This document shows positions 9,801 through 19,480 of a stretch of DNA of 64,000 bases, piece by piece. The stretch comes from Candidatus Zhuqueibacterota bacterium (GTDB lineage Bacteria > Zhuqueibacterota > Zhuqueibacteria > Thermofontimicrobiales > Thiofontviventaceae): positions 21,341 to 85,340 of the forward strand of contig JAFGOE010000125.1 of NCBI GenBank assembly GCA_016926625.1, given 5' to 3'. Both the position numbers and the translations under genes were made by a program. The notes beneath the pieces are model-generated. The model worked only from the letters and a program-made list of their open reading frames with translations. It ran no database searches and was not told the origin of the DNA. Position 1 is the stretch's first letter; the number at the start of each line of letters is the position of its first letter.

Positions 9801-10727
9801 CCTAAACTCAGAAATTTCCCGCTCGTATCGTTTATCGAAGATTCGTCGTTCACGATGACCAGGACCGAATTGAAGAATTATCTGTTCGATCCGGATGGTC
9901 CATTTGAACAAATTCAACTTTCTTTCGATAATTCCGGTAAAATCAAAGGATCGTACAACCACAATACTGCTAAAATGACAATCTACACAGAAGCGGACTG
10001 GTTTGGAGAGGGACGGCTCGGTGTGATCACACAGGATAACTTATATGCATCGTCAACCACCAACATCGATGTCAAGGTTGTAGGAACACCGGATCCACCG
10101 TACGAATTCTCTCTGCTTACCCCGATTTATGGAACGTTCTACTCCCAAACTCCGGCTACACTTCAGTTTACCTGGGAAGAGGCCGTCGATCCGGACGCGA
10201 ACAGCGATGTAACCTACACGCTAAATCTCAGCCGCGATACGAATTTTTCACACATAATCGATCAATTCAATTTTCTGAGCGACACGACCCTGATATACAA
10301 ATTGCCAGATATATTTTATCCGGGAATTTACTATTGGCAGGTCATCGCGACGGACAATGACGGTTACGTCACAAAGTGCAGGGAGACCAGCGCATTTAAT
10401 ATGGAAAATGGCATCGACGTAGCGGATGATACCGACGAATCCGTTCCATCAGAATTCGCTCTGTTTCCTAATTACCCGAATCCGTTCAATCCGGAGACGC
10501 GCATCACCTATCACATACCCAGAGCGACGAATGTAACAATGCATATCTACAACAACCTGGGTCAATTAATTCGGACGTTGGTCGACAGGGATCATCATGC
10601 CGGAATCTATACGGTGCTGTGGGATGGGAAGGATTTGAACGGCAGTGAGGTCAGCAGCGGAATTTACATCTACCGATTAATCAGTGAAGAAAGGGTTCTG
10701 ACGCGCAAAATGCTGCTGTTGCAATAA
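6879..10727 (+). CDS. Giant secreted surface protein: BNR/Asp-box domain, 2 PKD domains, about 5 tandem NDPP repeats of roughly 95 aa, T9SS C-terminal sorting domain
   Basis: A signal peptide starts at MSKQRFPLLIMILMIFLLP (ATG 6879). The Asp-boxes are SFNGGDTW and SYDGGRNW. The PKD signatures are GGPYSGYEGDLIQFDASGSTDEDG and GGPYRG...TDPGADQLTYSWDLDNNG. A repeated V/P-NDPP module recurs. The C-terminal Por/T9SS CTD reads YPNPFNPETRITYHIP...GIYIYRL. Confidence 0.8.
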   Translation: MSKQRFPLLIMILMIFLLPHDSFTQEWSNEISIELPGQGMTTTPNFDIDPRTGHLHIVTMKNPEGVLYTEMDKDGNILKQTSIVNAAKDVASGGAWNGAAVAVDSKGYPHVVYREPIYTDPPSFTSYYTHWNGSDWTRPIELSRRVKRGWMLRIDIDENDKVHILRGSMADDPNDPEGNLLVGPVKYFRFSNDVLETTTDDIFRYSADGRVTLSAAFENQVHFLTSCSDYPEWGGPVWYWRSFNGGDTWEKTTVQNSNAKRANGSPDVFVDAAGHVHIVYGSQQDWQVNKWPSVRYTRFENNTQLFDIPVTLEGEVAKRFDTPQGVASVAASSDGEIVIVCFSEDFGGRLFTKESYDGGRNWSQKELIAEESCGSLGRNGQVIRAIGDIFYALYPTPSGVKLRIKAFSTNASPVADIGGPYSGYEGDLIQFDASGSTDEDGNIETYEWDFNDDGVYELMMTIPFASNLFPDDYNGNVRLRVTDGENASNTDHAMVIIRNVAPTAYAGGPYRGMLGEVIRLTGTATDPGADQLTYSWDLDNNGSFETPGANVQKIFNTNGRHNVVLKVSDDDGGIGYDTTMVQINNDPPMLSHIGNQTIDEGDSFDSVNLYQAVYDADNDDSEIGWIFSGQKKLNISVEFDSIAHIAVVDSEWNGSETILFIAMDPGQSADSATAVYTVLPVNDPPKIGRINVPPINEGEVFDYIFLDTYLSDPDNAISEIMWDFRGNSDLSVMIDQRVAIVTPPDEDWYGAEDVTFVATDENGNGLSAEAVVRFIVQPINDPPQITGIPDQTVKYTENFHPVLLDTCVNDVDTPPANIQWSYFGNHHFTFNINYRILSVQSSEPDWIGTETVYFIASDGEFSDTTAATFTTVYFNTPPVTQGFFNQTINENGHFETLYLDNMVNDPDHRADELSWSYYGNHNMLVSGLSQRMLQIAVADSEWAGSETITFVVTDPGGLSDSSFATYSVIPMNDPPKLRNFPLVSFIEDSSFTMTRTELKNYLFDPDGPFEQIQLSFDNSGKIKGSYNHNTAKMTIYTEADWFGEGRLGVITQDNLYASSTTNIDVKVVGTPDPPYEFSLLTPIYGTFYSQTPATLQFTWEEAVDPDANSDVTYTLNLSRDTNFSHIIDQFNFLSDTTLIYKLPDIFYPGIYYWQVIATDNDGYVTKCRETSAFNMENGIDVADDTDESVPSEFALFPNYPNPFNPETRITYHIPRATNVTMHIYNNLGQLIRTLVDRDHHAGIYTVLWDGKDLNGSEVSSGIYIYRLISEERVLTRKMLLLQ
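8625..10100 (+). repeat. Protein-level tandem repeats (about 5 modules of 285-300 nt) inside the surface protein gene, each ending in (V/I/M)NDPP
   Basis: The modules delimited by INNDPPMLSH, PVNDPPKIG, PINDPPQITG, TPPVTQG and PMNDPPKLRN recur, with conserved D-x-D and SEW/DW-x-G-x-E-T-I-x-F cores. The DNA copies are diverged. Confidence 0.55.
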
Positions 10728-10855
10728 GGAAATATTTTCTGGTAGACAATAGAAGATAAATCGCGTGATCAAACAGACCAAATACATATGGTCATATAGC
10801 ACGAGTTTATAATTTATTTAATTACATAGAGTTAACTCAATATATCGCTTCCATG

Positions 10856-10890
10856 AAAGCCTGGCAATTATCTGCCAGGCTTTCTTTATT
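10856..10890 (+). terminator. Rho-independent terminator after the surface-protein gene
   Basis: The hairpin AAAGCCTGGCA-ATTATC-TGCCAGGCTTT is followed by CTTTATTT. Confidence 0.6.
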
Positions 10891-10956
10891 TACATAAAAT
10901 TTGAGCCGGAGAACTCATCTTGTACAAATATTATGCCAAATGGCATAAGTTTAAAC

Positions 10957-10985
10957 TTGACAAAGTCCTAAGAATAGTTTATATT
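10957..10985 (+). promoter_or_regulatory. Consensus sigma-70-type promoter TTGACA-N17-TATATT upstream of gatC
   Basis: The -35 hexamer is perfect, the spacer is 17 nt, and the near-consensus -10 lies about 40 nt before the gatC ATG. A palindrome, TATGCCAAATGGCATA (10932-10947), sits just upstream. Confidence 0.4.
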
Positions 10986-11024
10986 TAGAGATATGATGAG
11001 CAAACAAGGTTCAGGATTGATAAA

Positions 11025-11318
11025 ATGAACATTACAAAGTCCGATGTGGAAAAAGTTGCTGCGTTGGCGAAATTAAAATTCAGCGAAAACGAGCTGGAAA
11101 AATTAACAAACGAGCTCGGCACGATCGTTGATTATTTTGAAAAATTGAATGAGGTGGACACGAGTTCCATCGCCCGGATTTCTCATATACACGATATTGA
11201 AAACGTGACTCGTGAAGATCAGGTTGAACAGTGGCTTAGCCAGGAAGAGGCATTAAGAAACGCACCGGATCAGAAAAACGGATTTTTCAGTGTTCCCAAG
11301 GTCATATCGAATGAATAA
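11025..11318 (+). CDS. gatC: Asp-tRNA(Asn)/Glu-tRNA(Gln) amidotransferase subunit C
   Basis: The size is 97 aa. The sequence VEKVAALAKLKFSENELEKLTNELGTIVDYFEKLNEVDT matches the GatC family. Confidence 0.85.
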   Translation: MNITKSDVEKVAALAKLKFSENELEKLTNELGTIVDYFEKLNEVDTSSIARISHIHDIENVTREDQVEQWLSQEEALRNAPDQKNGFFSVPKVISNE

Positions 11319-12078
11319 AGATGTCATTGGTGTAATCCCTGCTCGTTACGGGTCCACCCGTTTCCCCGGAAAGCCGCTCGCGCTATTAGGCAACAAACCG
11401 GTCATCCAGTGGGTTTACGAACGCGCGTCACAATCCCGCACGATCAAAAAGCTAATCGTCGCCACGGATGACGAAAGGATCTACAACAAGGTTCTCTCGT
11501 TCGGTGGCGAAGTACGTATGACGTCGTCGGAAATTCGTAATGGTACCGAGAGAGTTGCAGCAGTCGCCACTGATTTCGATGCGGAAATCATCGTTAACAT
11601 CCAGGGCGATGAACCCCTGATCGAGGGGGGCGTCATTGACATGGCGGTACAGTTGTTAATCGATGATGCTAAGGCAGTCATGGGTACGTTAATTAAGAAG
11701 ATCGATACCATGGAGGAGCTTCTGAACCGTAATCTTCCCAAGGTAGTCATCGATCGATCGTGCAACGCACTCTATTTTTCACGATCCATGATACCATTCA
11801 ATCGGGATATCGAAGATCATCAGGAATGGTTAAAAATCCATACGTATTACCGACACATCGGTTTATATGTCTATCGCAAAAAATTTTTAAAGGAATATGT
11901 GTCATGGCCGGAGACGTCACTTGAGAAGGCTGAAAAGCTGGAACAGCTCAGGGTACTGGAACACGGTTATCACATCAGGACAGCCTTAGTCGATTACACC
12001 CCTCAGGGAGTCGATACACCGGAAGATTTGGAATTACTCAACAAATACATAAAGGAGGCAATGATTGAGCAGCGATAG
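11311..12078 (+). CDS. kdsB: 3-deoxy-manno-octulosonate cytidylyltransferase (CMP-KDO synthetase)
   Basis: The N-terminus is [31 protein letters not shown]. The start was moved to MNKDV; it overlaps the gatC stop by 8 nt. Confidence 0.9.
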   Translation: MNKDVIGVIPARYGSTRFPGKPLALLGNKPVIQWVYERASQSRTIKKLIVATDDERIYNKVLSFGGEVRMTSSEIRNGTERVAAVATDFDAEIIVNIQGDEPLIEGGVIDMAVQLLIDDAKAVMGTLIKKIDTMEELLNRNLPKVVIDRSCNALYFSRSMIPFNRDIEDHQEWLKIHTYYRHIGLYVYRKKFLKEYVSWPETSLEKAEKLEQLRVLEHGYHIRTALVDYTPQGVDTPEDLELLNKYIKEAMIEQR

Positions 12079-13690
12079 AGTGGTGAAATATATCTTTGTA
12101 ACAGGTGGCGTTGTATCATCATTAGGAAAAGGAATCGCCTCGGCGTCATTGGGTGTATTACTGCAGTCCCGGGGACTAAATGTCACCATCTTAAAATGTG
12201 ATCCCTATTTGAATGTCGATCCGGGCACATTGAGCCCATTTCAGCATGGTGAAGTGTATGTGACAGATGATGGAGCCGAAACCGATTTAGACCTCGGTCA
12301 TTACGAACGTTTTCTGAACAAGAGTATGTCCAAGAAGAATAACACCACCACGGGACAGATCTATTATGAGGTGATCTCCAGAGAGAGACGCGGAGATTAT
12401 TTGGGCAAGACGGTTCAGGTGATCCCCCATATCACGGATGAGATTCGCCGCAGGATTACAGATGTAGCCAAGAGTGAGCCAGATTTGGATGTCGTCATAA
12501 CCGAGCTCGGAGGAACGGTGGGTGATATCGAGGGTGCCGCATTTCTGGAAGCGATCAGGCAGTTCACACTCAACGCGGGTGACAGAAACGTTCTCAACAT
12601 CCATTTAACCCTTGTGCCTTACATCAAGGCTGCGGGAGAGATGAAGACGAAACCAACCCAGCATTCGGTGATGAAATTACGCGAAATCGGTATTCAGCCT
12701 GACATTATCCTTTGTCGCACCGAGACCGCGCTGTCCGATGATTTAAAGGCAAAAATTGCATTGTTCTGTAGCGTGCCCACTCGAGCCGTCATCGACGCCC
12801 GGGACTTACCGTCAATCTACGAGGTACCGCTCGGATTGCATGAAGGCAAGCTCGACGACATCGTCATCGAAAAATTAGATTTGAAATGCGGAGCACCGAA
12901 TTTGAAACAGTGGAGTAAATTTGTTGAAAAGATCAATAATCCTTCCCACCACGTCAAGATTGCGATCTGCGGGAAGTACGTCGATCTGCACGACTCGTAC
13001 AAAAGCATCATCGAATCGTTTGTGCATGCCGGAGGAGCTAATGATGCTCATGTTGATTTAAAGTGGATCGATTCTGAAAAACTTGAAAAAGACGGAGTCG
13101 AGAAATATCTCGATGATATCTGCGGACTACTCATTCCCGGAGGCTTTGGTGATCGTGGAATCGAGGGGAAAATCAAAGCCGTCAGGTACGCTCGCGAGAA
13201 GAAGATTCCGTTTTTCGGGATCTGTCTGGGATTGCAATGCGCAGTCATTGAGTTTGCCAGAAATATATGCGGGTTACAGGATGCCAATAGTATGGAGTTC
13301 AACGAGGAGACTGAGTTCCCGGTCATCGACCTCATGGAAGAGCAGAAACGCGTCAAATATATGGGTGGTACGATGCGGCTCGGAGCCATTACATGTCATC
13401 TAAAAAAAGGTACCAAATCCCACGCGATTTACGATTCTGAGACTATTCAGGAACGTCATCGCCATCGATATGAAGTCAACAATAAATATATACCTGATCT
13501 GGAGCGCAACGGCATGATCATGAGCGGGAAGAACACCGAGTTGGATCTGGTTGAAATGATCGAGATCAAAGACCATCCCTGGTTTATCGGCTGTCAGTTC
13601 CATCCGGAATTAAAATCGAGGGTTCTCAGCGTGCATCCGTTGTTCGCAGATTTCGTATCTGCTGCACTAAAATATAAGAAGCGAGTATGA
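12065..13690 (+). CDS. pyrG: CTP synthase
   Basis: [23 protein letters not shown] is the N-terminal P-loop of CTP synthase. The glutamine amidotransferase C-terminus GICLGLQ and HPEL are also present. Confidence 0.95.
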   Translation: MSSDRVVKYIFVTGGVVSSLGKGIASASLGVLLQSRGLNVTILKCDPYLNVDPGTLSPFQHGEVYVTDDGAETDLDLGHYERFLNKSMSKKNNTTTGQIYYEVISRERRGDYLGKTVQVIPHITDEIRRRITDVAKSEPDLDVVITELGGTVGDIEGAAFLEAIRQFTLNAGDRNVLNIHLTLVPYIKAAGEMKTKPTQHSVMKLREIGIQPDIILCRTETALSDDLKAKIALFCSVPTRAVIDARDLPSIYEVPLGLHEGKLDDIVIEKLDLKCGAPNLKQWSKFVEKINNPSHHVKIAICGKYVDLHDSYKSIIESFVHAGGANDAHVDLKWIDSEKLEKDGVEKYLDDICGLLIPGGFGDRGIEGKIKAVRYAREKKIPFFGICLGLQCAVIEFARNICGLQDANSMEFNEETEFPVIDLMEEQKRVKYMGGTMRLGAITCHLKKGTKSHAIYDSETIQERHRHRYEVNNKYIPDLERNGMIMSGKNTELDLVEMIEIKDHPWFIGCQFHPELKSRVLSVHPLFADFVSAALKYKKRV

Positions 13691-14526
13691 GAACAGTTAA
13701 TATCAATCATATTAAAATCGGACAGGGGCATCCGTTCGTGCTGATGGCGGGACCCTGTGTCATCGAGACGGAGAAGATCGCCTTCGAGACGGCTGAGTCG
13801 ATCAAAAAGATGACCGACGAGTTGAACATACCCTTTATCTACAAGTCGTCTTATAAAAAAGCGAATCGCCAGAGTATCGACTCCTATACGGGTCCCGGTC
13901 TTGATAAAGGGTTGTCAATTCTGGCGAGCATCAAAGAACAATATGATGTCCCGATCCTGACCGATATTCATCTCCCATCGGAAGCTGAGCCTGCAGCGGA
14001 GGTAGCCGATTTAATACAGATTCCAGCGTTTCTCTGTCGGCAAACGGACATCGTCATCGCTGCTGCGAAAACGGGAAAAGCGATCAATATCAAAAAAGGC
14101 CAGTTCATGGCGCCAGAGGATATGGGTGCAATCGTCGCGAAAGCGATGTCCACCGGAAACGACAGGATAACGCTGACTGAGCGCGGAACCACCTTCGGCT
14201 ATCACAATCTGGTCGTCGATTTCCGCTCTTTGCCGTTGATGAAATCGATCGGGGTGCCCATCGTATTCGATGCGACTCACAGTCTGCAGCTCCCCGGAGC
14301 CGGGGGCTCGAAATCAGGGGGTCAGCCGCAGTTTATTTTCCCGCTCGCCAGAGCCGCCATGGTTGCAGGGTGCAATGCGATATTTATTGAGACGCACCCC
14401 TGTGTGAGCGAAGCGCTCTGTGACGGCGCAAACATGCTTCCGCTGGAGCGACTGAAAGGATTGCTGATTCAGCTAAAGGCGATAGACGAATTAATGAAGC
14501 GACTCGAGAATGGATCTGCAGAGTAG
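13687..14526 (+). CDS. kdsA: 3-deoxy-8-phosphooctulonate (KDO8P) synthase
   Basis: The size is 279 aa. The motifs [13 protein letters not shown] and KSSYKKANR have the DAHP/KDO8PS fold. It lies in the KDO cluster. Confidence 0.9.
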   Translation: MRTVNINHIKIGQGHPFVLMAGPCVIETEKIAFETAESIKKMTDELNIPFIYKSSYKKANRQSIDSYTGPGLDKGLSILASIKEQYDVPILTDIHLPSEAEPAAEVADLIQIPAFLCRQTDIVIAAAKTGKAINIKKGQFMAPEDMGAIVAKAMSTGNDRITLTERGTTFGYHNLVVDFRSLPLMKSIGVPIVFDATHSLQLPGAGGSKSGGQPQFIFPLARAAMVAGCNAIFIETHPCVSEALCDGANMLPLERLKGLLIQLKAIDELMKRLENGSAE

Positions 14527-15037
14527 ATTAAAAACCATTAAGATGGTGATTTTGGATGTCGATGGCGTGCTGACCGATGGGAGCGTCATTTACGCCGATG
14601 AGTCGTTCGAATTAAAAATCTTCGACATCAAAGACGGTTTGGGAATTCGCATGCTCATCGCGGGTGGATTGATCGTCAGCATCATCACAGGACGCACATC
14701 GGCTGCCGTGGCACGACGGGCAGGAGAACTCGGCATCCAGGACGTGTATCTGGGGAAAACACGAAAAACCGAAGCCTATGCGGAATTGCTCGGTAAATAC
14801 GGTTTCACGGGCGATGAAGTCGCCTGCATCGGGGACGATCTATACGATATTCCGCTGCTGCGCCGTGTCGGTTTCCCTGTCGCCGTAGCCGATGCAGTCG
14901 ATGAGGTAAAGCAGGTGGCCCGTTACATCACCCAAAAGGCAGGCGGTCGTGGCGCTGTCCGTGAAGTCAGCGACCTGATATTAAAGAATCAAAACAAATG
15001 GGAAGAGATATTAAGGGATTTTGGTATTCATGACTGA
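14510..15037 (+). CDS. kdsC: KDO 8-phosphate phosphatase (HAD family)
   Basis: VILDVDGVLTDGSVIY is HAD motif I. The size and cluster context also fit. Confidence 0.85.
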   Translation: MDLQSRLKTIKMVILDVDGVLTDGSVIYADESFELKIFDIKDGLGIRMLIAGGLIVSIITGRTSAAVARRAGELGIQDVYLGKTRKTEAYAELLGKYGFTGDEVACIGDDLYDIPLLRRVGFPVAVADAVDEVKQVARYITQKAGGRGAVREVSDLILKNQNKWEEILRDFGIHD

Positions 15038-16010
15038 CAAAGAATGCATCGAAAAAGGGAAAGAGGTTGTTCGCAAGGAATCCGAGGCCATCATTGGTCT
15101 GATGGATAAGATCGACAGTTCGTTTGTACGGGTTGTCAATACGATCTACAACTCCAAAGGGCGAGTCGTCATCTCCGGGATGGGCAAATCAGGCCTCATC
15201 GGCAAAAAGATAGTCGCCACATTAACGAGTACCGGTACAGCGGCGGTATTCCTGCATCCGGCCGAAGCCGTCCATGGTGATTTGGGAATCTTGGGTAAAA
15301 ATGACGTCTTCTTGTGTATCTCGAAGAGCGGGGACACTCATGAGCTGACGAGCATCATCCCCATCGTAAAGCGATTAGGCGCTATTGTAATCACCATGAC
15401 GGGCAACATGCGTTCCCGATTAGCTCAGCGATCGGACATCGTATTGGACGTCAGCGTCAAAGAAGAAGCCTGTCCCAACAACCTGGCACCCACGTCCAGC
15501 AGCACCGCTGCATTGGTCATGGGCGACGCGATTGCAGTCGCTCTGCTGGCGAAACGTAATTTCAGCTCGATCGACTTTGCGCTTTATCATCCGGGCGGAA
15601 TTCTCGGGATAAATCTCAGCCTGCTGATCGATGACATCATGTTCACCGAAGAACGTATCCCGTTAGTACATGAGGACACCGATCTGGAAAAAGTCATCCT
15701 GGAAATCACCTCGAAACGGTTTGGTTCCACATGCGTCATCAACCAGCAAGGTGAATTAACAGGCATTATTACCGACGGCGATATACGGCGATTACTCGAA
15801 AATAAGGGGAAAGACAACCTTTGGGAGCTCAGGGCTAAGGACATCATGAACAGGAATCCGAAAATAATTTGTGCGGGAGAACTTGCCACACACGCCTTGA
15901 AAATTTTATCGGATTTCAGCATCATGCAAATAATCGTGATCGACAGTAAGAACCACCCCATCGGAATTGTTCATTTACATGATTTATTAGATGCAGGCAT
16001 TCATGGATGA
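15021..16010 (+). CDS. kdsD: Arabinose-5-phosphate isomerase (SIS domain plus tandem CBS)
   Basis: The SIS motif is GRVVISGMGKSGLIGKKI and the C-terminal CBS pair is present. It is adjacent to kdsC, as in the E. coli yrbG-kdsD-kdsC-lptC-lptA-lptB-rpoN locus. Confidence 0.85.
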   Translation: MVFMTDKECIEKGKEVVRKESEAIIGLMDKIDSSFVRVVNTIYNSKGRVVISGMGKSGLIGKKIVATLTSTGTAAVFLHPAEAVHGDLGILGKNDVFLCISKSGDTHELTSIIPIVKRLGAIVITMTGNMRSRLAQRSDIVLDVSVKEEACPNNLAPTSSSTAALVMGDAIAVALLAKRNFSSIDFALYHPGGILGINLSLLIDDIMFTEERIPLVHEDTDLEKVILEITSKRFGSTCVINQQGELTGIITDGDIRRLLENKGKDNLWELRAKDIMNRNPKIICAGELATHALKILSDFSIMQIIVIDSKNHPIGIVHLHDLLDAGIHG

Positions 16011-16930
16011 AGAATCTGAAACGAACGATTAAGCGGGCGAAGAACTGGTTCATCTATATTGCGACGAAAGCACTGGTACGACTCTTAAACTCTGTTCGTC
16101 GTACAACGGCCTTTAACATTTTGAAATCTCTGGGCATATTGGCATATTACGTCCTGCCTGATGAGAGAAACAAGACGAAACGACATTTAAAAAAGGTTTT
16201 CGTCGATGAGAACGACCGTGCGATAAACCGAATGGCAAAAGACGTTTTCATCTATATTGGCTGCAATGTGGTCGACGCGTTCCGTATTGCTAAATTTACG
16301 CCAGAGAATATCGACGACTATGTTACTGCTCACGGACTGCAGAAGCTGGATGCGGCACAGGCAAAGGGAAAGGGCGTATTGCTGGTCACCGGACATATTG
16401 GCAACTGGGAGTTATTGGGTGCCTATCTGGCGATAAAAGGATATCCGCTATACGTGATTGGTGCGCCTCTCTATGACCCGCGGATGGATCAGATACTGGT
16501 GAAAAACAGAGAAAATTCCGGGTTAAAATATATACCGAGAGGCGATTCGACACGTTTGATCTTAAAGGCGTTAAAAAACAGGGAGATGATCGGCATACTG
16601 ATCGATCAGGATTCCCGACATGTCAGCGGAGAATTCGTCGATTTTTTAGGGCATGAAGCATACACCCCCGTGGGTCCGGCGGTATTAGCGATGAAGACCG
16701 GTGCACCTCTCGTGCCTCTCGCGATACACTTAAGGTCAGACTACCATCATGTGATTGAGATCGGTGATGTGATCGAACTTGAAAGCAGCGACGATGAAAA
16801 GGCGGATCGAATACAGAACACCTTAAAATGCTCCAAAGCAGTGGAAACATTCATCCGCAAACATCCGAAACAATGGGTGTGGATGCATCGACGCTGGAAA
16901 ACGAAAAGGAAAAAAATTGCAAAAACATAA
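16007..16930 (+). CDS. lpxL: Lipid A biosynthesis lauroyl/myristoyl acyltransferase (LpxL/HtrB family)
   Basis: The HtrB-family pattern is LLVTGHIGNWELLGAYLA...GILIDQD. It lies in the LPS operon. Confidence 0.75.
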   Translation: MKNLKRTIKRAKNWFIYIATKALVRLLNSVRRTTAFNILKSLGILAYYVLPDERNKTKRHLKKVFVDENDRAINRMAKDVFIYIGCNVVDAFRIAKFTPENIDDYVTAHGLQKLDAAQAKGKGVLLVTGHIGNWELLGAYLAIKGYPLYVIGAPLYDPRMDQILVKNRENSGLKYIPRGDSTRLILKALKNREMIGILIDQDSRHVSGEFVDFLGHEAYTPVGPAVLAMKTGAPLVPLAIHLRSDYHHVIEIGDVIELESSDDEKADRIQNTLKCSKAVETFIRKHPKQWVWMHRRWKTKRKKIAKT

Positions 16931-17567
16931 TTTTGATTTGTTTATTTATAATGATATATTTAAATTAAGAATAGCGATCGTGATTTTATTAGGCATCACG
17001 ATGATGCCCCTGTCGTGTTCGAAAGATTATGATCAGCCGAGGGCAGAGGTGCCGGGCAAATATCCCTCCCAGGAGGGCTGGAACTCTAAGTTGACCGCCA
17101 CGAAGGATGGCATGACAGCAGCGATTATCAAATATGGCCACATGAGGCGCTATGATGAGGAACAAACGGTCTACTTCGATGAAGGCGTGGAAGTTGACTT
17201 TTACAACAATGAGGGGGTGCATACATCGAAGTTGACTTCTGACAAGGGCAGATTGGAGGAGCAGACTTCTAATGTGGAAGCGCTGGAGAACGTGGTGGTT
17301 GTTTCAGATAGCGGAATAACGTTGCGTACAGAAAAGTTATGGTGGGACAACGCAGCGGAGAAGGTTAAAAGCGATCAATTTGTGACGATTACGACGGCAG
17401 ATAAAGACACATTATACGGTATAGGATTCGAATCGGATCAGACGCTGTCGAATTGGATATTGATGGAACCGAGAGGCAAGACGGATAAAAAAATTAATTT
17501 AAATTTCGATCGTGCGAAACAGAAGGCCAGTGAACCCGATACGTCAGGACGAAAGCCGACGTCATGA
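16917..17567 (+). CDS. lptC: LPS export protein LptC-like (lipoprotein form)
   Basis: There is a lipobox (LSC). The beta-jellyroll LptC-like region reads TVYFDEGVEVDFYNNEGV...ENVVVVSDSGITLRTEKLWWD. It sits between kdsD/lpxL and lptA. Confidence 0.55.
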   Translation: MQKHNFDLFIYNDIFKLRIAIVILLGITMMPLSCSKDYDQPRAEVPGKYPSQEGWNSKLTATKDGMTAAIIKYGHMRRYDEEQTVYFDEGVEVDFYNNEGVHTSKLTSDKGRLEEQTSNVEALENVVVVSDSGITLRTEKLWWDNAAEKVKSDQFVTITTADKDTLYGIGFESDQTLSNWILMEPRGKTDKKINLNFDRAKQKASEPDTSGRKPTS

Positions 17568-18682
17568 GGATGCATATTTCCATCATATTACTTTTGCTGA
17601 CTGCCATGGCCGTAAATGCGGCCGAGGAGAAGCTGGAGATAACGGCCGACATCATGCGCGGTGAAATGACGTCGAATGGCCCGGCAAGGATACTGGAAGG
17701 GAATGTTCACCTTAAACAAGGCGAGACAAGTCTGTATTGCCAGCATGCGATTTGGTATGTAGATCAGCATTACACGATATTAGAACAGAACGTCAAATAT
17801 GACGACGGACTGAAGGTGCTGACGGCCGATAAGGTCATTTATGATGATGCCAATAAGGTATTAAACGCTATCGGCCATGTGGTTCTTATCGATTCTGTCC
17901 GCACGATTCGATCCGATCGGGCTGTATATTATGATGTGACGGACAAAATCACGGCGTCCAGTAATGTAACCCTGTTCGACAGGGAAAATAATGTCACGCT
18001 TACGGGTGAGTATGCGGACTTTATCCAGGAAAGAGGCTACGCGACGATCACCGGAGATCCGGTTCTGGTCAAACGAGACAGCACCGGGAACGAGGAGATC
18101 CGTGTCAAGGGCATAAAAATGGAATTAATTGATGATTCGGACCTGGCGCTGGTTACCGATAGCGTAAAGATCATTCATCGGGACGGTACGGCTTACTGTG
18201 ATACGGCAAAATTTGATCGATCTCAAAACATCTTAAGATTAATCGGGCAACCGAGGGTTTTACAAAAATATGATCGATCGACCGGTGATGAGATCCAGCT
18301 ATTTTTTCATAAGAACGATCTCGATTCGGTCATCATCATCGGCAATGCAGTCGTTACCTCGCCAGTTGACACATTGGACGTCGCCGGAAGGCTGAACCGA
18401 TTACTGGGGGAACGTATCACACTGAAGATAGAAAACAATCAACTGAAAACTGTGCAGGTGAATGGTCGGGCGACGAGTTACTACTATATTTTTGAGAAAG
18501 ACGAATACCGGGGCATGAACAAGATCATCGGCGACAGGATTGTGATGGATTTGAAAGACCGAAAAATCGATACCATCATCATCGAGAGTGATCCTGAGAG
18601 TTCCACAGGAATTTATTATCCTCCTGAGGTTGATATCCGGAACGAGCCATCGGATGCGGAAGTGTCCGCTGCTGACCTTTAA
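17564..18682 (+). CDS. lptA: LptA/OstA-N domain periplasmic LPS transport protein (extended, repeated OstA-like units)
   Basis: A signal peptide is present. The [20 protein letters not shown] and [12 protein letters not shown] repeats resemble LptA. The gene sits immediately upstream of lptB. Confidence 0.65.
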   Translation: MRMHISIILLLLTAMAVNAAEEKLEITADIMRGEMTSNGPARILEGNVHLKQGETSLYCQHAIWYVDQHYTILEQNVKYDDGLKVLTADKVIYDDANKVLNAIGHVVLIDSVRTIRSDRAVYYDVTDKITASSNVTLFDRENNVTLTGEYADFIQERGYATITGDPVLVKRDSTGNEEIRVKGIKMELIDDSDLALVTDSVKIIHRDGTAYCDTAKFDRSQNILRLIGQPRVLQKYDRSTGDEIQLFFHKNDLDSVIIIGNAVVTSPVDTLDVAGRLNRLLGERITLKIENNQLKTVQVNGRATSYYYIFEKDEYRGMNKIIGDRIVMDLKDRKIDTIIIESDPESSTGIYYPPEVDIRNEPSDAEVSAADL

Positions 18683-18716
18683 TGCAATAGACAAGTTGAG
18701 GAAGACAGATAGACTG

Positions 18717-19448
18717 ATGGGATTAAAACTACACGCTAAAAATTTAGTCAAGATATACGGTAAGCGCAATGTGGTTAATGATGTCAGCCTTGAGGTGAAT
18801 CAGGGCGAGATTGTGGGACTCCTGGGCCCGAACGGTGCGGGAAAGACGACGACATTCTACATGATCACCGGTATGATCAGACCTAATTCCGGAGGGATTT
18901 ATTTAGACGATCAGGAGATAACGAATTATCCGATGTACCGGCGTGCTCAATTAGGAATCGGATATTTGGCTCAGGAAGCATCAATATTTAGAAAATTATC
19001 CGTTGAAGACAACATCATGGCCATCCTGGAGACGTTGAATCTGACGCGTAATGAAAAGAAAGAGAGATTGGAACAACTGCTGAACGAACTGAATGTGAGT
19101 CATATCAGAAAAAGTAAAGGTTATATGTTATCGGGTGGTGAAAGAAGGCGAGTGGAGATTACGAGGACATTAGTCACCAGCCCGAAATTTATCCTACTGG
19201 ATGAGCCATTTGCGGGGATCGATCCGATCGCCGTGGAGGATATTCAGCATATTGTAACGGATCTAAAATCAAAAGGCATCGGGGTACTGATAACCGACCA
19301 TAATGTGCATGAGACGCTATCGATCACCGAAAGGGCGTACTTATTATTTGAAGGCGAAGTATTAAAGTCGGGTACATCTGATTTTCTGGCCAGCGACCCG
19401 GAATCGCGCCAATTATATCTTGGTGAAAATTTTAGATTAAATCGTTAG
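18717..19448 (+). CDS. lptB: LPS export ABC transporter ATP-binding protein
   Basis: Walker A is GPNGAGKTT, the ABC signature is [11 protein letters not shown] and Walker B is [12 protein letters not shown]. The start was moved to MGLKL (ATG 18717). Confidence 0.9.
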   Translation: MGLKLHAKNLVKIYGKRNVVNDVSLEVNQGEIVGLLGPNGAGKTTTFYMITGMIRPNSGGIYLDDQEITNYPMYRRAQLGIGYLAQEASIFRKLSVEDNIMAILETLNLTRNEKKERLEQLLNELNVSHIRKSKGYMLSGGERRRVEITRTLVTSPKFILLDEPFAGIDPIAVEDIQHIVTDLKSKGIGVLITDHNVHETLSITERAYLLFEGEVLKSGTSDFLASDPESRQLYLGENFRLNR

Positions 19449-19480
19449 CATTATTTTTACTAACATGAGATTCGAGAATT

